NCBI RefSeq assembly: GCF_009914755.1 | Contig: NC_060930.1 | Length of the DNA stretch: 64,000 bases | Source: the human T2T-CHM13v2.0 reference genome, Homo sapiens | Direction: 5' to 3' (one strand) | Part shown: in pieces, positions 13,006 to 27,779 of the stretch | Position numbering within the stretch: the stretch's first letter is position 1 | Layout: each line of letters starts with the position of its first letter | Notes under the pieces: generated by a model | Database searches by the model: none | The model's input: the letters and a program-made list of their open reading frames with translations, nothing else | Told to the model about the DNA's origin: nothing | Made by a program: the position numbers and the translations under genes

Positions 13006-14254
13006 GGAGAGACTGTCAGGCTGGGAAGACCTAAAGGAGCCCAGCCTTCACACCTAACAAGTGATTGCTCTAAGCTGGCTGGCTCACTGATCCCCAGGGC
13101 TTCTGTGGGAAGGACGTGGGCAGAACTACAAGTCTCCACTCACCCTCCAAGACCTAAACCCCAGGTGGGGGGAGAGAAGCAGAGGACAGAGAGCCCTGCT
13201 GGATACAGAGTGGAGAGTATTTTTCTCTTTGCTTCTAAAGAGCCGTTCAGGACAAGGACGCTGTCTAGAGCAGAATGTTCAAGCTGAGGTCACCCAGGAC
13301 CAGGAAGGAGCAGGCAGAGGTGCTGCCAGGCTGTGTGTGTCTGCAGTGCCCCAGGGGTAGAGGGAGGCAGATAGCTGCCTTCCCACCAAGCAGGCGTCAG
13401 CGTCTGCAGCGCGGTATGGATACAGCAATGGAGGGGCACAAGGATTCCTCCTCTAGGGTAAGTAGGATGCTTGCCAACTTGGAGGATTTTAGAGCAGATG
13501 TTTGCTGATGGGCCATGAACATGCTGAGCAGACGGCATACGGCAGCGCTACGACATGCACAGGTGGCACTTGGTTACTGACAAGCTGAGGGTAGGCACAA
13601 AACCTGCACTCTCAGTGGCATGTCCAGGCAGGTGTCCTCACTGGCTCCGGGTCTCAGTTCATCTCGACGCTCTGACCCCCCACATTCCAGCAGAACTTGG
13701 GGACTGTGGAGAGGGCTCTTTCCTCCTGATGACACATCTAGTGGAGGTCTCATCTGAAGGTGAATGACAGATTGGACTCAAGCCCTTTTCAGAAACCCCT
13801 TCAGGATGGTCAGAAGGTCCACAATCTTCATTCATGATTCTGGAACCCCCAAAGCATTCTGGCCATAATACCTGAACTGGCCTGAACTCAATGCAGGCAG
13901 AACCCAACTGGGATACCAGTGCCTTTAGCCTTCACTTGTCCCTCCTCACGGAGCCCTGCGGATGTTCCACTGCAGGATAGTCATATGCTGGACGGCAGAC
14001 TGAGGCCCAGGCCCTGCTGGCGTCCAATATGGACGTATCTCGGATCAGCGAGAGCTGCTCAGGAACCACACCACGGTAGGTGCATGCTGAGCACCTGCTG
14101 GGACAGCCCCCGGTGTGACACTGTCCACAGCAGCTGGAAGCGGTGACTGTCGGTGAGTTACAGTGGAGGATTCCAGGGTCGGGTTTGGCTATGGAATTAA
14201 TTAAGCAAAGCACAGATAAACCCATTCTCTACTTAAAAAACTAAAATATTACAG

Positions 14255-14636
14255 ATTCCATCAATGGATGAATGGATAACAAAATGTGGTCCATTTGTAC
14301 AATGGAATATGATTTGGCCTTCAACAGAAGGGATCTGACACCTGCTACAGCATGGGAGAACCTAGAGGACACCGTACTCTGTGCAATAAGCCAGCTGCCG
14401 AGGGAGGAACACCTTGACATTCCACTCACGTCAGGCACTAGAGGAGTCAAATTCATAGCAAGTAGAGTGGGGGCTGCCAGGACCTGGGATAGAGGAAGGT
14501 GAAAAAATTCTAGAAATGGATGGTGGAGATGGCTGCACAACATCGCGTTGTGGATGTGGTCACTGAGTTGTACAATTTAAAATGGTTACAGTGGAAAATT
14601 TTATGTTACGTGTATTTTACCACAATTAAAAGAAAA
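14255..14636 (+). mobile_element. L1MB-type 3' end
   Basis: gatgaatggataacaaaatgtggt...aaaattttatgttacgtgtattttaccacaattaaaa. Confidence 0.8.
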
Positions 14637-15083
14637 TATTACAGAGAAGACGAAAGCCCCCCCATACCGCTCACCCCAATCCCAGTGCCCCTGCACTCAC
14701 CCTCCCGTCCTCCAGGGCTAAGCCCTCCCTGGGTGGGCACATGTCCTTCCAAATCGTATTCAGGGCGCTGACACGCACCTGCATCTCCAGGTGCCGCCTC
14801 TGCTATGACACACTGCCCCCACATCACAGTGAAAAATGCCAGTCTCACTCTAAACATTCCCTTCCTTTTAGATTGGCACACATTTGCCCACCTGGTGCTC
14901 AGAGACAGTTCCCCCAGGTGTGGACAGTGGCTCTTCTCCTGAGGTCTTGAATAAAAGCACATTAATTCCTACTTGTGAGGGGAGGGCACTAACTCAGGGT
15001 TGATCAAACCTCACAAAAACGTGAACCATGCCATTTTCCAGCATGTACTTGGGACATAAAACCTAACATAAAACCACAGCATG

Positions 15084-15440
<357 letters not shown>

Positions 15441-15465
15441 TCAATTAATCTTAAAAAGAGCCGAG

Positions 15466-15741
15466 GGCTGGGCGCTTTGGGAGGCTGAGGTGGGTGGATC
15501 ATTTGAGGTCAGGAGTTTGAGACCAGCCTGTCCAACATGGTGAAACCCCCATCTCTACTAAAAACGCAAAAATTAGCCAAGCATGGTGGCGGCTGCCTAT
15601 AATCCCAGCTATTCAGGAGGCTGAGACAGGAGAATCGCTTGAACCCGGGAGGTTTGCAGTGGACCAAGGTCGTGCCGCTGCACTCTAGCCTGGGCAACAG
15701 AGTGAGACCCTGTCTCAAAATGAAAATCAAAATAAACATGA
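15466..15741 (+). mobile_element. AluS with a 5' internal deletion, TSD aaaagagcc(g/a)ag
   Basis: ggctgggcgc jumps directly to tttgggaggc. TSD at ~15454-15465 and ~15742-15753. Confidence 0.85.
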
Positions 15742-15919
15742 AAAGAGCCAAGAATTCGAAATTAAGTAAAAGGGGTCTCTAATTAAATGCAGAGGTAACT
15801 CAGTCCACTCACTGAAAACACAGACTTGCTTCACAGAGGCGCGCCCAGGGTCTTCAGACAACTGAATCCTAGCTGAGAAAGCCCCAGGCCACTAACGCTG
15901 GGCAGAGGCCTCAGAGCAG

Positions 15920-16049
15920 GGTGGCACCTGACCGTAATAAGGACTGTGGGCTGACAAGCAGGTGGCACCTGACCATAATAAGGACTGTGGGCTGACGAGC
16001 AGGTGGCACCTGACCATAATAAGGACTGTGGGCTGACGAGCAGGTGGCA
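15920..16049. repeat. 41-bp minisatellite, ~3.2 copies (ggtggcacctgaccataataaggactgtgggctgacgagca)
   Basis: Unit starts at 15920, 15961, 16002 and 16043. Confidence 0.95.
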
Positions 16050-16632
16050 GGAGGCAGCGGGCCAGCTGCACACAGGCGTTCCAGCCTCCTTGGTGGTACA
16101 GGAGCTTCACACACACATGCTTCTGAAGGGTTACACCACGGTCACACAGAAGTACCTGCTGCCACAGGGATGGCTCTCCAATCACTCACCAGGGACAGGC
16201 AACATTACAAAACGGAACTACAGTCAGAAGGGCATCTCCGGATTGCACTTAACCCAGCCCCTCACTGCACAGCAGGTGACCTAGGCCTGGCCATGCTAAT
16301 ACCCTGCCTGGGGCTTCATGAATGGCAGAGGCAGGCCTGGAACCTGGGACTTAAGGCCCCTAAACCTGTGGAGTTTTCCTACATCACACCATGATTGCAG
16401 TATTGCTTCTACAGCAGGAAAAATGTATTCTACAAAGAGTCCCACCCAAATTAGCTAGGCAGAAGAGCTGGTTCTTAGAGATTTCTATGGAAAATGTATT
16501 TATGTGGAACTTTTCCCCAGTGGTATCATGTACACAATGTTACTGTATCAAGGCAGGAAAATTTCTCTGTGTTTTCTTAATACCATCACATTGTCACTCC
16601 TCAAAGCTGAGTGTCAGCACGCAGTTCAAGCG

Positions 16633-16817
16633 GGAGCACCCTGTCTCCCACTGGAGCACCCTGTCTCCCAGGGAGCACCCTGTCTCCCACTGGAGCACCC
16701 TGTCTCCCAGGGAGCACCCTGTCTCCCACTCAAGCACCCTGCCTCCCACTCGAGCACCCTGTCTCCCACTCAAGCACCCTGTCTCCCACTCGAGCACCCT
16801 GTCTCCCAGGGAGCACC
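16633..16817. repeat. 19/20-bp minisatellite, ~9.4 copies ((g/c)(g/a)agcaccctgtctccca(ct/g))
   Basis: Units start at 16633, 16653, 16672, 16692, 16711, 16731, 16751, 16771, 16791 and 16810. Confidence 0.95.
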
Positions 16818-19800
16818 TGATGCACCGCAGGGTAACTGATGATTTAACAGTGGTGTGTTGCTTGTGGTCCACATTCCCATCTCTGTCCTCTTTTCTGGAG
16901 TGGGGATTTGGCTAAGTCTCAAGCCCGTCTGATTTACATTTCATGGATCTGTTTTACATCTTAGTCCCTGTAACCTGAGTAATTGCTCAGTAGAATCTGT
17001 AATTAAAACTCAATACTGTGAAACCCTACGAGGTTGATCATTTTTCCTTGACATCTAAAAATAAAATAAATTATTCCTCTATCCAGTTGGAGACTGACAT
17101 AGACAAGTGTACTATGTTGGCTGCCTTCCTGCCAATTCACTTAACACCTGCTGTGAAGAAATGCCAGCTTGGCAACTGTATGAGACGCACGTCTACCCTC
17201 TTTAACGTACTGTACTAGCACATTTACTCATAAAGAAAATACAGGAAGGAAATAAGATGAACTGCCCATGCTTATTAAATTAATTTTACCCTCAAGTCAT
17301 TCCTTTATTTGTTTTTCGAAATATTTAGTTGCAGGGCGATACCTGTGCAGACAGGTGTGCCTTCCTGTCTGTGGTTCCACGTGACGCCATTCACGGGCTA
17401 AACATGCACTGGGCACCATCCACCTGCTGTGGACGGGCTGGCCTGGAGATGAAACACACACAGTGTCTGGGCCCCAAGGAGCTCACTGTCTAGTTGGGGC
17501 AAAAACGTGTAAATTAATAAATGCCTAATAAATGAGGAGCTTCTATCAAATAGGCCTTCCCATCAAAGAGTGGGGGACACAGAGCAGGGACTGGGGGAGG
17601 GAGGAGAATCTCAAAAGGCATCGTGGAGATAAGGTTTCCCTGAAAGTGATGTGAGAAGGGCTGTAGGCTGCAGTGAGGGTGCTTCTGATCTAAAGGGGTG
17701 ATTCTAGCCACTGACGCTTTGGGGTGTTGCCACGTATCAGAGTATTATGAGATTCTGAAGAGATTCTAAAAAAATAATAAAGGCTAAAGTTGAATTAAGT
17801 ACCAGTTTGGGGAGTATCTTTAGTTTCTGGCTCAAAACTTTTGCACAAAATATAAGCTTGGATTCTGTACATAATCTTCCACTTGGATTTTTTAAACGTT
17901 AGTTCTGTTTGGTATTAAAACAATAAGGTGGCTTTCATTAAACTTCAGACTGTAGAGAGATGGGATGAGTATCATGAAATCGAATAAAGATTGGCTCTGA
18001 GGATGGTTAGACCCCAAGGTTTTCCTAAGGCAAATGAATTCCTTGAAAATCTCTTGGGAGAAAAAGTGCATTCATAATTTAAATGACTATGCTGCTAATT
18101 TATCTGTTACAAAAGCTCAGAACCTTGTGTCTCTTTTGTCTTTCAAAGTGATATACACTGAGGCTCCAAAATTCTGCTCTAGAAAAATTATGGTGGAAAT
18201 CTCTTGGGAGCCCTGGGTTTGTGTGCCAATTTTGTAGCCCTGGGCAAGTCACCTTATTCCTTTGGGCCTCAGTTTCCCCACATCTGTAGACCGGGTTGTG
18301 GAACGGCACCAAGGTCTTGCCTGGCTTCAACACTCTCCATCTAGACTCAGGGCTAACGCTCACTGTTGCCTCCTTCCGGAAGGTGAAGAAGATGCTGCTC
18401 CTGACAACGCACTGAATAAATGAGCTTATGCTGCTTTAAGTTTTTGCCAGACCAAATGAAGTCAGTGCCTAAGACAACTTTGGAGTCAGACTTTTCATGA
18501 TTAACCAACTCCAAATGTATAACAATTGGCATACATTTAAAACATCCCTTAATTCATATTATAAGCGGATGAATACTTGGAGTCCAGTTGCAGGTTCACC
18601 TACAATCTATAACCTTCCATGTGGCTGGGTTAACCTTCTCCCTCTGTCTGCACCTTTCACTCATTTATCCGTAGAAGCAATTATCAGGCTGCAGAAAATA
18701 TAAGGCACACAGAGCCTTCGAAATACAACGTGGTAGGGGGATTAATTTGGCAAATGACTTTTAAAAAGTCTGATGTTGTAAAACAGTGTGAGGAGGTAAG
18801 TAGGCAGAGGAACAAGGGCACTCTGTCGCTTCTGCTCCTGAGCAGAATTTTATCCACACCTCTATGATAGCAGCCTCACCTCCTACTCACCTCCTAATGA
18901 AACAAGTCGCGACACCTTAGCCAATTCTGATGGCTGAGTGAGGCTGTCCCGGTCGCACTCAGGACTGCCACTCTTTAGTACTGGCCATGTGGTCTGCCAG
19001 AGTCCCTAGGGCCAAGCAGATGGGCGGCTGGGTCCCCTTGTCCTCATTCCAACCACCATGTGGATGTTTGCCAGACGCCAGCAATGGCAACACCCTAGCA
19101 ACTGACCCCGGACACCTGTCACCAGAGGCCCACTCACTTGGTCTCTGTCGGTTGCCAACAGCCCAGCCCACCACCCCACAAAGTGCACACACGTGCACAT
19201 CTGTACATGTGCACACATGCACACACAGATGCATGCTGCCTGCGCTCTGCCTGTTTGAAAGCTGCAGTGCATCTCAAACTGGCCTGGAGCAACCCCAGCT
19301 TCCCGGTGGGAGCAGGGTGGTGAGATGGACTCTTGGGGCACATCTTAGCATGAGGACAGGAAGGGCGAAGGCTGGCCCCCGGGACAGCCACACTGGCCTC
19401 CAGAGCAGAGGCTCAGTGCTCACTTCCCCCTTGCAGGAGTCTCTCCGCTTCTCCTTGCAGGCATTTGTGTTGACGCAGAGGTTCCTATTGTCTTACACAA
19501 TCTCTGTGGAGTGTTGTCTGAGGGCTCCCTAAACTTCCATGCCATCAGCAAATCCCAGAATACCCACTTACAGAAAACATTTGAATCTCACTTTTAATTG
19601 CTCCATTTTTATGACTGAAATATGGGTGACCATTTTATTTCCACATCTGCCTTTTGTCAGTATTACCTCATCTATCTCCCATCTAGATAGTTTGTAGGCA
19701 GAAAAGATTTGACCAAGAAATTTTTTTTATGTTTCCTATTGATCTCTCAAATTGATTATTGGATAACTTGTAAAAATAATTATTGCCTATTGATTCAAGC

Positions 19801-20081
19801 TCCCGGAGACTGCATGGTTTTCATGACGCACCTCTTCCGTTTTCCTTTGAGGAGAGCATTTTCCCGCATGCTTAATTGTTGCTGTAACTGAATTCAGTTT
19901 CCCTCCTCTCATGTAGGGAACCCACAGCACTTATTTTATCTGTAATAGAGTCTCTTTGTATAATGCAGCATTTTGCCCCCCTTTTGGAATAAAACTGGTT
20001 TTAATAGAGGAAGTTGTTGTGTCTGTCAAGTTGTTCTTTCTTGTGTTTGGGCAGGAAAAAAGGCTGATACCTGCTGGATTA

Positions 20082-20402
<321 letters not shown>

Positions 20403-20719
20403 TTAAATGGTCTTTTAAAAGTCATTTCAACGATAACAAGAAGAAAACTTAATTGATCAGCTTAACCCATTTTTATTGAGCCCTTATCAGGGCAGGTACT
20501 GATACCCCAATAATTTTAAGAACTGTTTTTGTCAATGTTAAACAATGTACTTACATAAAAAAGAGGGCATGGAGGATTCCTCCCAGGACAGAAGTGTAGC
20601 TCTGCCAAGTAAATGCTGCTCTCAGCAGCCCAGGGCCCTCCGCTTGCCCGGCATTCCAGGTCCCTGGGCCACAGAACCCCGGGCTCATTATGTATGACTG
20701 GGCTGAGCAGGAGGTGGTA

Positions 20720-20910
20720 GTCCCTGTGGCTCTGGAGTCCACCTGCTGGAATCCAGACCCCAGCCCCACTTACTAGCCATGGGGCGTCAGCAACACCGCA
20801 TCTCTCTGTGCCTCAGTTTCCTCATCTGCACTGGAGGCCGTCCCGGTATCTACCTCACAGGGTCTTCAGGAAGATTTAGGGAGCTAAGTTATGTAAAGTG
20901 CTTAGCAGGG
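20720..20910 (+). mobile_element. MIR
   Basis: ctctctgtgcctcagtttcctcatctg...tacctcacagggt...atgtaaagtgcttagca. Confidence 0.78.
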
Positions 20911-21944
20911 TTTAAGAAACAAACCCTCAAGAGATGCTAAAAATCAGTATTACTCTGACCAAAATATTTTTAATGATATTTTAAAGAGCCAAAAAATTAG
21001 GGCTATTTACATATTGGAATTTTTTTTTAAATGAGGCATTTATTTAACCTGAGGCCATTTAAATGTTTTATAATAGCTTTCTTCTTGAAATTAAAAAAAA
21101 TAAAACTCCTTGTAGCATGTCTGTTTTTTTCTAAGGGTTTCTGCACGGCCAGCCTCTGGAGTGTCTTCTCCGGGCCAGTGTCCTTTACGGCAGCACAATC
21201 TCACGTCCTCCGCGCTAGGGTTTACCTCCTCATGTGGGGAATCGGTTCTGTTCCTTACTCTCCAGTGTTATGCAGTGCAGCGTGATCCTTCTCTAATTTC
21301 CTCCTTATTTCCCATACTGCTTATTATCGTCTTATTGCTTTCCCAGATGCTTTTGATGATCATGCTGATTGCCAGCAGATCTTTCCTCTAATTCACCAGC
21401 TTCACACATTCAGCCTTTTGCGTTTCTATCTCTAGGCGTTTCATGCAAAACACACACATTAGGTGGGCTCGAGGTGAGAATATTTTTCTACTAGGTGTGC
21501 ACCTGATTAAAAGTCTTGGGGAAAAGTGCAAAAAAAAAACTGCACACACTCACTTCCTGCAGGGTTGGAGGGATGGAATTGGGTGTGGAAAGCACTTTGC
21601 CAGCAAGATGCCCCATCTGTGCCTGCAGGGAGGTCGGGGGAGCAGGCTGGGGAAGCCTTCCCTTCTCGTGAACCTGGAACACTGCCGTGACTGAAGACTC
21701 CACAAATGCGTGCGTGTCCCCACAGCACAGAGGAAATGCGTAGAGCCAGGACCAAGTTTGTTTTACTTGCTTTCATCGCTTCCAGGAATACTGATGACTT
21801 CTGCTGTCCGAGATGGTCAAGCTATCTGTTCACATCGTGGAACTGGACAGGACCATCAGATCTCACAGGCCCTTCGAGGATGGCATCTGTTTCATTTCAC
21901 TACACAGTCTCGAACCCTATTTCATGTAAGAAAAGTGTGTGTTC

Positions 21945-22302
<358 letters not shown>

Positions 22303-22349
22303 TTATCATCCTTTTTCAAAGTATGTTAGGTCCTCTGTGTGCTTCCCAA

Positions 22350-22527
22350 ACAGCAGGGCTCAGCGGCGTCTCAGGAGGCCTTCTTAAAACACACGCTGCC
22401 AGGCCCACCACAGGCGTTTTTATTCAGCAGGCCTGGGGCGGGGGCTGGGCCTGAGATCCGTATTTCTAGCAAGTTCCCAAGTGATGCTGATGCTGCTGGC
22501 CCAGGGACTGCACTTTGAGAACCACTG
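22350..22527. mobile_element. MER5A-family MITE
   Basis: ttctagcaagttcccaagtgatgctgatgctgctggcccagggactgcactttgagaaccactg. Confidence 0.8.
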
Positions 22528-23005
22528 ACATTTGAAAACCTGTTTTGAATGCTTTTCCCACATTTGTGAGTGATTTGGTGAAGGTTTTTTCATTTATTGG
22601 TTCCCCCACCTACAAATAGGAATAAATCCACCAACTCCACCAACCTCTGGTTCCTTGGATCCAGGAAGAGCTAAGGAATTCAAGAGTACTATGGTTAATA
22701 TGTTTTCACACGTAAGAAGCGTGCAGCTGATGTGAAGAAAAGCACATTTCTAAAATGTGAAGACACAATCAGCAAATGTCACAGTCCATGTGTCTGCCAC
22801 CAGGGAGGCATAAGATGTCCAAGTGCAATGTTTTCTTTCTTTGCCCCACCGTTCCATGAGGGCGGGACTGTCTGCCTTGCTTACGATGACACCTCCACCC
22901 CTAGAAAACATTTAAGCACTCACATGTTGGGCTGAGAGCCCTCACTGGGGAGCTTGTCGAACTAGCATCAAAATTCTGCACCTACTCTTAGAGCAGACGA
23001 GCACG

Positions 23006-23274
23006 TTGTTTTTTAAGAGATAGGGTCTTGCTCTGTCACCCAGGCTGCCGTGAAGTGGTGCAATCATAGTTCACTGCAGCCTTGAACTCCTGAGCTCAAG
23101 TGATCCTCTCACCTCAGCCTCCTCAGTAGCTGGGATACAGACGCGTGCTCCCATGTGTGGCTAATTTTTTAAATTTTTGGTAGAGATGGGGTCTCCCTTT
23201 GTTGCCCAGGCTTATCTTGAACTGCTGTGCTCACGTGATCTTCCTGCCTCAGCCATGCGCCACCATGCCCAGCT
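23006..23274 (-). mobile_element. AluJ
   Basis: agggtcttgctctgtcacc...atcatagttcactgcagccttgaactcctgagctcaag. Confidence 0.85.
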
Positions 23275-24527
23275 GCAAATTTTGTGTTATCAATGATCAT
23301 GTGTACTCAGTACCCTTAATTTACCTGATGAGGAATGGTGATGGCATGCACCAACGTTTTGGGAGAGTGGCGCTCACATCTCCACTATCTCCAGAAGTCC
23401 TTACTCCCTGTGACTTCTTCCAAGCCACTTGAGATAAACACCACATGGCAGCCTCTCCAACAGCCTTCTCCCTCCCTTGTCATTCCTCAATAGTGAATTC
23501 CCGCGCAGGAAACTTGATGTCACCCTGTCCCACGTATTACCTTCCTGATCTTCCATGCTGCGGTTTTCTAGGATGTTCTAACGTAACGTAGACCTGGACC
23601 TCCAAACACAAGACCAGGCTGTGTCTTGCACAAGGGCTCCCAGCTGAGGAAGGAGCTCTGTCATTAAGCCATGTGCCCAGTGCAGGCTGTGGCCACCTGG
23701 AAGGGGCACCTTTCCGCAGTGTGCACAATTTCAGAGCAGCAGCTCTTGCACCCAGCTCCCTCTTCCATTCTGGCACCTCCTGCCACCTATCTTCCTAGCG
23801 CATCTAAGCAGAATTCCTCCTAGATGCTCCTAGATACTCCCTTCTTCTTGTGGTTTGGATCTTGCATCTTCCCCGCCAACCCCTCGTTGTTGGCTGTGAC
23901 CCTGGAAGGATTTCATGTTTCTTCTGGAAGAAGGATCAGTCGGTATGACTTCCTTCTAGATGAGCGCTAAATCCCTGCTGCTCTTTACCGAGTGACAATC
24001 AATGCCTGAGCAAAATGACTAAAGATGCATTTCTCTTCAGGCATCTGCGTCCATCAGTGCAATCACCCAGCGCTTTGACGGCGTCTACTTTCAGGTGAAA
24101 AACACTCACAAGGGCTCTTTCTTCTGCCGCTCCTGCTTCACAACTAAGTGCTCAAGTTTGACTCTGCAAACCACACGAGAGGACCAGGCGAGCGCACCCT
24201 CCCATTCTCTGGCCACCAGCTGCCGCAGCTCTTCCTTCACCTAAAGCCCAGCCGATCCTGCCATGGCCCAGAAGGCTCAACATATTATAAGCATCCCCAG
24301 GCAGCTCGTGCAATGACATCGCTCGCCTATCTTGGCTCCACTTGCTGGAGCATAAATCATTCATGTGTCCCATCTTCCTTGCATCACCAGAGACTCCTGT
24401 GCTCACTGCACCCCCTGCCAAGTCCCTGTCCAGTCTCTGGGTGCATCATGCTGCTGCCACCTTTTCCTGGCCAGCGTCTCCACCCTGGGGGTCACTTCAT
24501 TCCAGAACTCTGCAACCCTGCGGCTGC

Positions 24528-25078
24528 TGCCTATTAACCAAGCCTTTGTATTTTCTGTATTTCCTAATGTTTTAACATCTGGAGCCTTGCTGATTCCAGA
24601 GAGGCTGCTCCTCCCAGGGTTCGCTAATTCCTAGACAGAGTAAAAGATTCACCTGCAAGTGTACTTTTCACACACAAACCAACCCATCCAGAGCCGATAC
24701 CCCAACCACTTCCTGTGTCGGGCTCTCACACGTGGGCCACCATCCGCCTGCCCCAGTCACCCCGGGGCCAGCTTCCAGACACCTAGGGACAGCCCTATGC
24801 CCACGCGCTGCAGAAATGATCAAACTGCCAAAACTCATCCTGCACACCCTGCCTCACCTGCTGCTCCCACAGAAACCGCAATAAAGGCTCCTGCCCACGT
24901 TTTTGCCTCCCTGTGTGCCTCCTGGCCCACCCCAGTGCTTCCCAGGAGGCCCTGTGTGGTCCTATGTACCCCTTCCTCCTGGGAACTGAGAGTAATAAAT
25001 GATCTTTCAATGGCAATTGTCTCCTGGCCTGCTGACCTCACTATACCTGGATAATAATAAAACCCACATCTTAACACA
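24528..25078 (+). mobile_element. MER74A-type ERVL solo LTR, flanked by ggctgc direct repeats
   Basis: TG...CA termini. Internal acatctggagccttgctg, caaaccaacccatccagagcc, caataaaggctc, and end aataataaaacccacatcttaacaca match the recalled MER74A consensus. ggctgc at 24522-24527 and 25079-25084. Confidence 0.85.
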
Positions 25079-26798
25079 GGCTGCGGCCTCAGTCAAGTCT
25101 CCTGGTCACCTCATCCTGTCACCCACCACAGTAGGATAGCAGGACAGGACTTCAGCCTCCAGCCCTCCTGAGCTTCCATGTTTCTTAAAGCTCTGGCCTC
25201 CCCATCTCAGGAAACAGACCCAGCTGCCATCACTGCCTCCTCTCTCACCTTTGAGAGTCACCTCAGATCCATCAGCAAGTCTCACCAGGGCCACTCTCAA
25301 AGCATCTCTCGAATCAGCCCTCTGCAGGTGACACCCAGCCTTCCCCAGTGCAGGCACCAGGATGTCACACAGCCCAGTGTGTGCGCTGCCTCTGTCCTGG
25401 CCCTCACCCGGCTCTACGCCTTCTCCACGAAGCAGACAGATGGGTCCTCACAGAGCACAATCCGGGACACAGGATTCCCCTGCTTAAGACCCTCCAGTGC
25501 ATCTTTATGCCTTTGTAGAATAAGCCCGTGCTCCTCAGACCCCATAGGGTCTGACCCCACCTGCCTTTCCAAGTCACTTCTGTCCCCTCTTGTCCACCAT
25601 GCTCCAGCCCTGCTGACCTTCCTCTCCCGGTTCCAGGAGAAGCCGAGCAGAAGCCAACTTTTGCCTTGGCTGATCCCCTTTGTCTAGAACACTTTTCCGC
25701 CCAGAAGTTTGTGTGACTTCCTCTTTCTGAACATTTAGGCCTCAGCACAAACATCAGCCCCTCAGAGGGGTCTCTCCTGACCACCCTACTTGGTACGTAG
25801 CACTATTTAAAAGCATGTTCCTCATGTGTGTGTGGGTTCTTCAGGCTCCCACCCGCCTCTGCCCCGCAATGTGCTTTCAGGAGATCGGGGGCTTGCTCTG
25901 GAGATGTATCTAGAATACCTGGACCAGCAACAGCATCAGCATAAGGCAGTGTGGCTGCTTAACAAATACCAGCTCGCTTCACTGCCCTTTCAGATTCCTC
26001 TATTTTCTACAGTTCCTGAGATGCACACTCCCCAGTCTGTAGGTTTGGGCCCTCATAGTGGATTCCCCGTGGATCTGTGACCTTTGCCTGTGAGCTCATC
26101 TTTAAAGAGAATTTTCTTCCGTGTGAGTCCTGGATGCCTCTGTGGGAGGCCGTGGTTTGGACCCTGAGGGGTCCAATGAGCTTCCCTGGTTCTCACATTG
26201 ATATCTCAGCCTCAGGGAGCAGGTGGAATTTGGAACACACAGTCCTGCGTGGTGCAGACTTCAAGGCTCCAATTTCTTTGGGTGAATCTTCTTCTGCCCA
26301 CGGTCCAAGGCAGTCCGCCAGCTCTGGGCTGAGTCCCTGTGGCAGGCAAAGATCTCCCAGTCCTGTGGCCATTGACAGTTTTGACTCCTGGCTTGACTGA
26401 AGGAGCTCAGTTCTCACGGCATCAGAGGCCTGGGAGCTCAGCTCTAGCCCCCGGGCAGGTGTTGAAACCCAGGGTCCTCACGCTTCTCTCTGGTTCAGAT
26501 GCCCTGGGAGCTGCCTCTGTGTCTGCTCCTGCTGGGATTCCCTCCTTGGTTTGACACCTGGGAACTTCCCCTTCTTTCCCTGGAGCTCAGTGTCGTACTT
26601 CTAAAAAATGCTGTATTTTAACCAGCATTTATATGTGTGTATGGAGGGGTCCCTGTCTGTTCAGTCTACCATCTCGACCAGAAGATCCCTTCTGGCCAGT
26701 CCTCACACGTTTGTCTTTACTGCCCCTACCCCAAGAAGCCGCCCCTTGGGGACCGTGCCTCGTGCAGCTTGGTTTCCAGTCCTTGTTAAGGTACATGC

Positions 26799-26976
26799 TC
26801 CCCTGTCTGCTCCTCAGAGATACAGCACTCCAAAGCACCAAGTACGCTGCTGGGCACCCTGGTGCATGCAATAAATACTTGCTCATTAAAGGAAAGCAAG
26901 CAACTTTCAATATGTTGCTACCAACAGCTGGTCATGCTGGCTGGTGCTACAGCTCACCCCCTCTCCACAGCGGGCC
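26799..26976 (+). repeat. Left arm of a ~178-bp inverted duplication (pairs with 28247-28424)
   Basis: Manual alignment with the reverse complement of 28247-28424 gives about 16 differences, including a 41-bp perfect block. Confidence 0.93.
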
Positions 26977-27717
26977 ACTTCAAATCCTGTCAAACAACAG
27001 AGCCCACTGCAGCAGATGGGAGGAAGACAATAAAAAAGGGTAGGCAATTATTGGCTTTTAAAGCCAATAATTCTAGTGGAGGCTTCCAAGGCTGGTAGGC
27101 AAAGGTGGTTTACATTTCTCACCACCCATTTTTTAACCTGCCCCATTACACCCAGACTCCTATATATATATTAAGAGGATGCAATAATAACAATAGCAGT
27201 GACTAATATTTAATATTCATGAGTACTTATAGAGCAGACATGTACTAAGCACCTTAATAGTAATATAAATGTGTAAATAATTATGATTATCATGGCAGTT
27301 AATATACATATGGCACTAGGTGACAGGCACTGTTCTAAATGTCTCATACATTAATTCACTGATTCCTCCCAACCCCATTATTGACCACAATGACGCACAG
27401 CTGGTGAACCTGAGGCACAGAGAGATTAAGCGACTTGCTCAGGGTCACACAGCTACTAAGTGGCAGAGGTCTGTGTCCGAGCCTCCCTTCAGACTGCCCC
27501 TCCATGCATATGTTTTCCGTGCATTATTTCAGTCTTCAAAACAACCCCATGAAATAAGAACTATTATGACCCACTTTTTACAGACATGAGACAACGCGGG
27601 CTCAGAGAGGTGTGAGGCAGGCTGGAGGCAGCACAGCCAGTCACTAGGCCAGCTCTACCCAGACTGCAGAGCTGGAGCTGTAAGCGGGAAGCAGAGCACC
27701 TTGGGACCGCCATCCTT

Positions 27718-27779
27718 ATGCACACACGTGCACACACATGCACACACGTACACATACATGCACACACATGCACACACGT
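27718..27779. repeat. Alternating purine-pyrimidine (CA/TG-type, ~10-bp period) microsatellite
   Basis: atgcacacacgtgcacacacatgcacacacgtacacatacatgcacacac... Confidence 0.85.

Noticed and set aside
15920-16817. CRISPR-like appearance of the tandem arrays (also 33326-33469)
   Set aside because: Units are contiguous without unique spacers, there are no cas genes, and the DNA is human; these are ordinary minisatellites.
21160-21440. Segment that looked like reversed coding sequence or a processed pseudogene
   Set aside because: The frame I read hit an early stop, and I found no recognisable protein, poly(A) tail or TSD; it may be an ancient repeat I cannot name.
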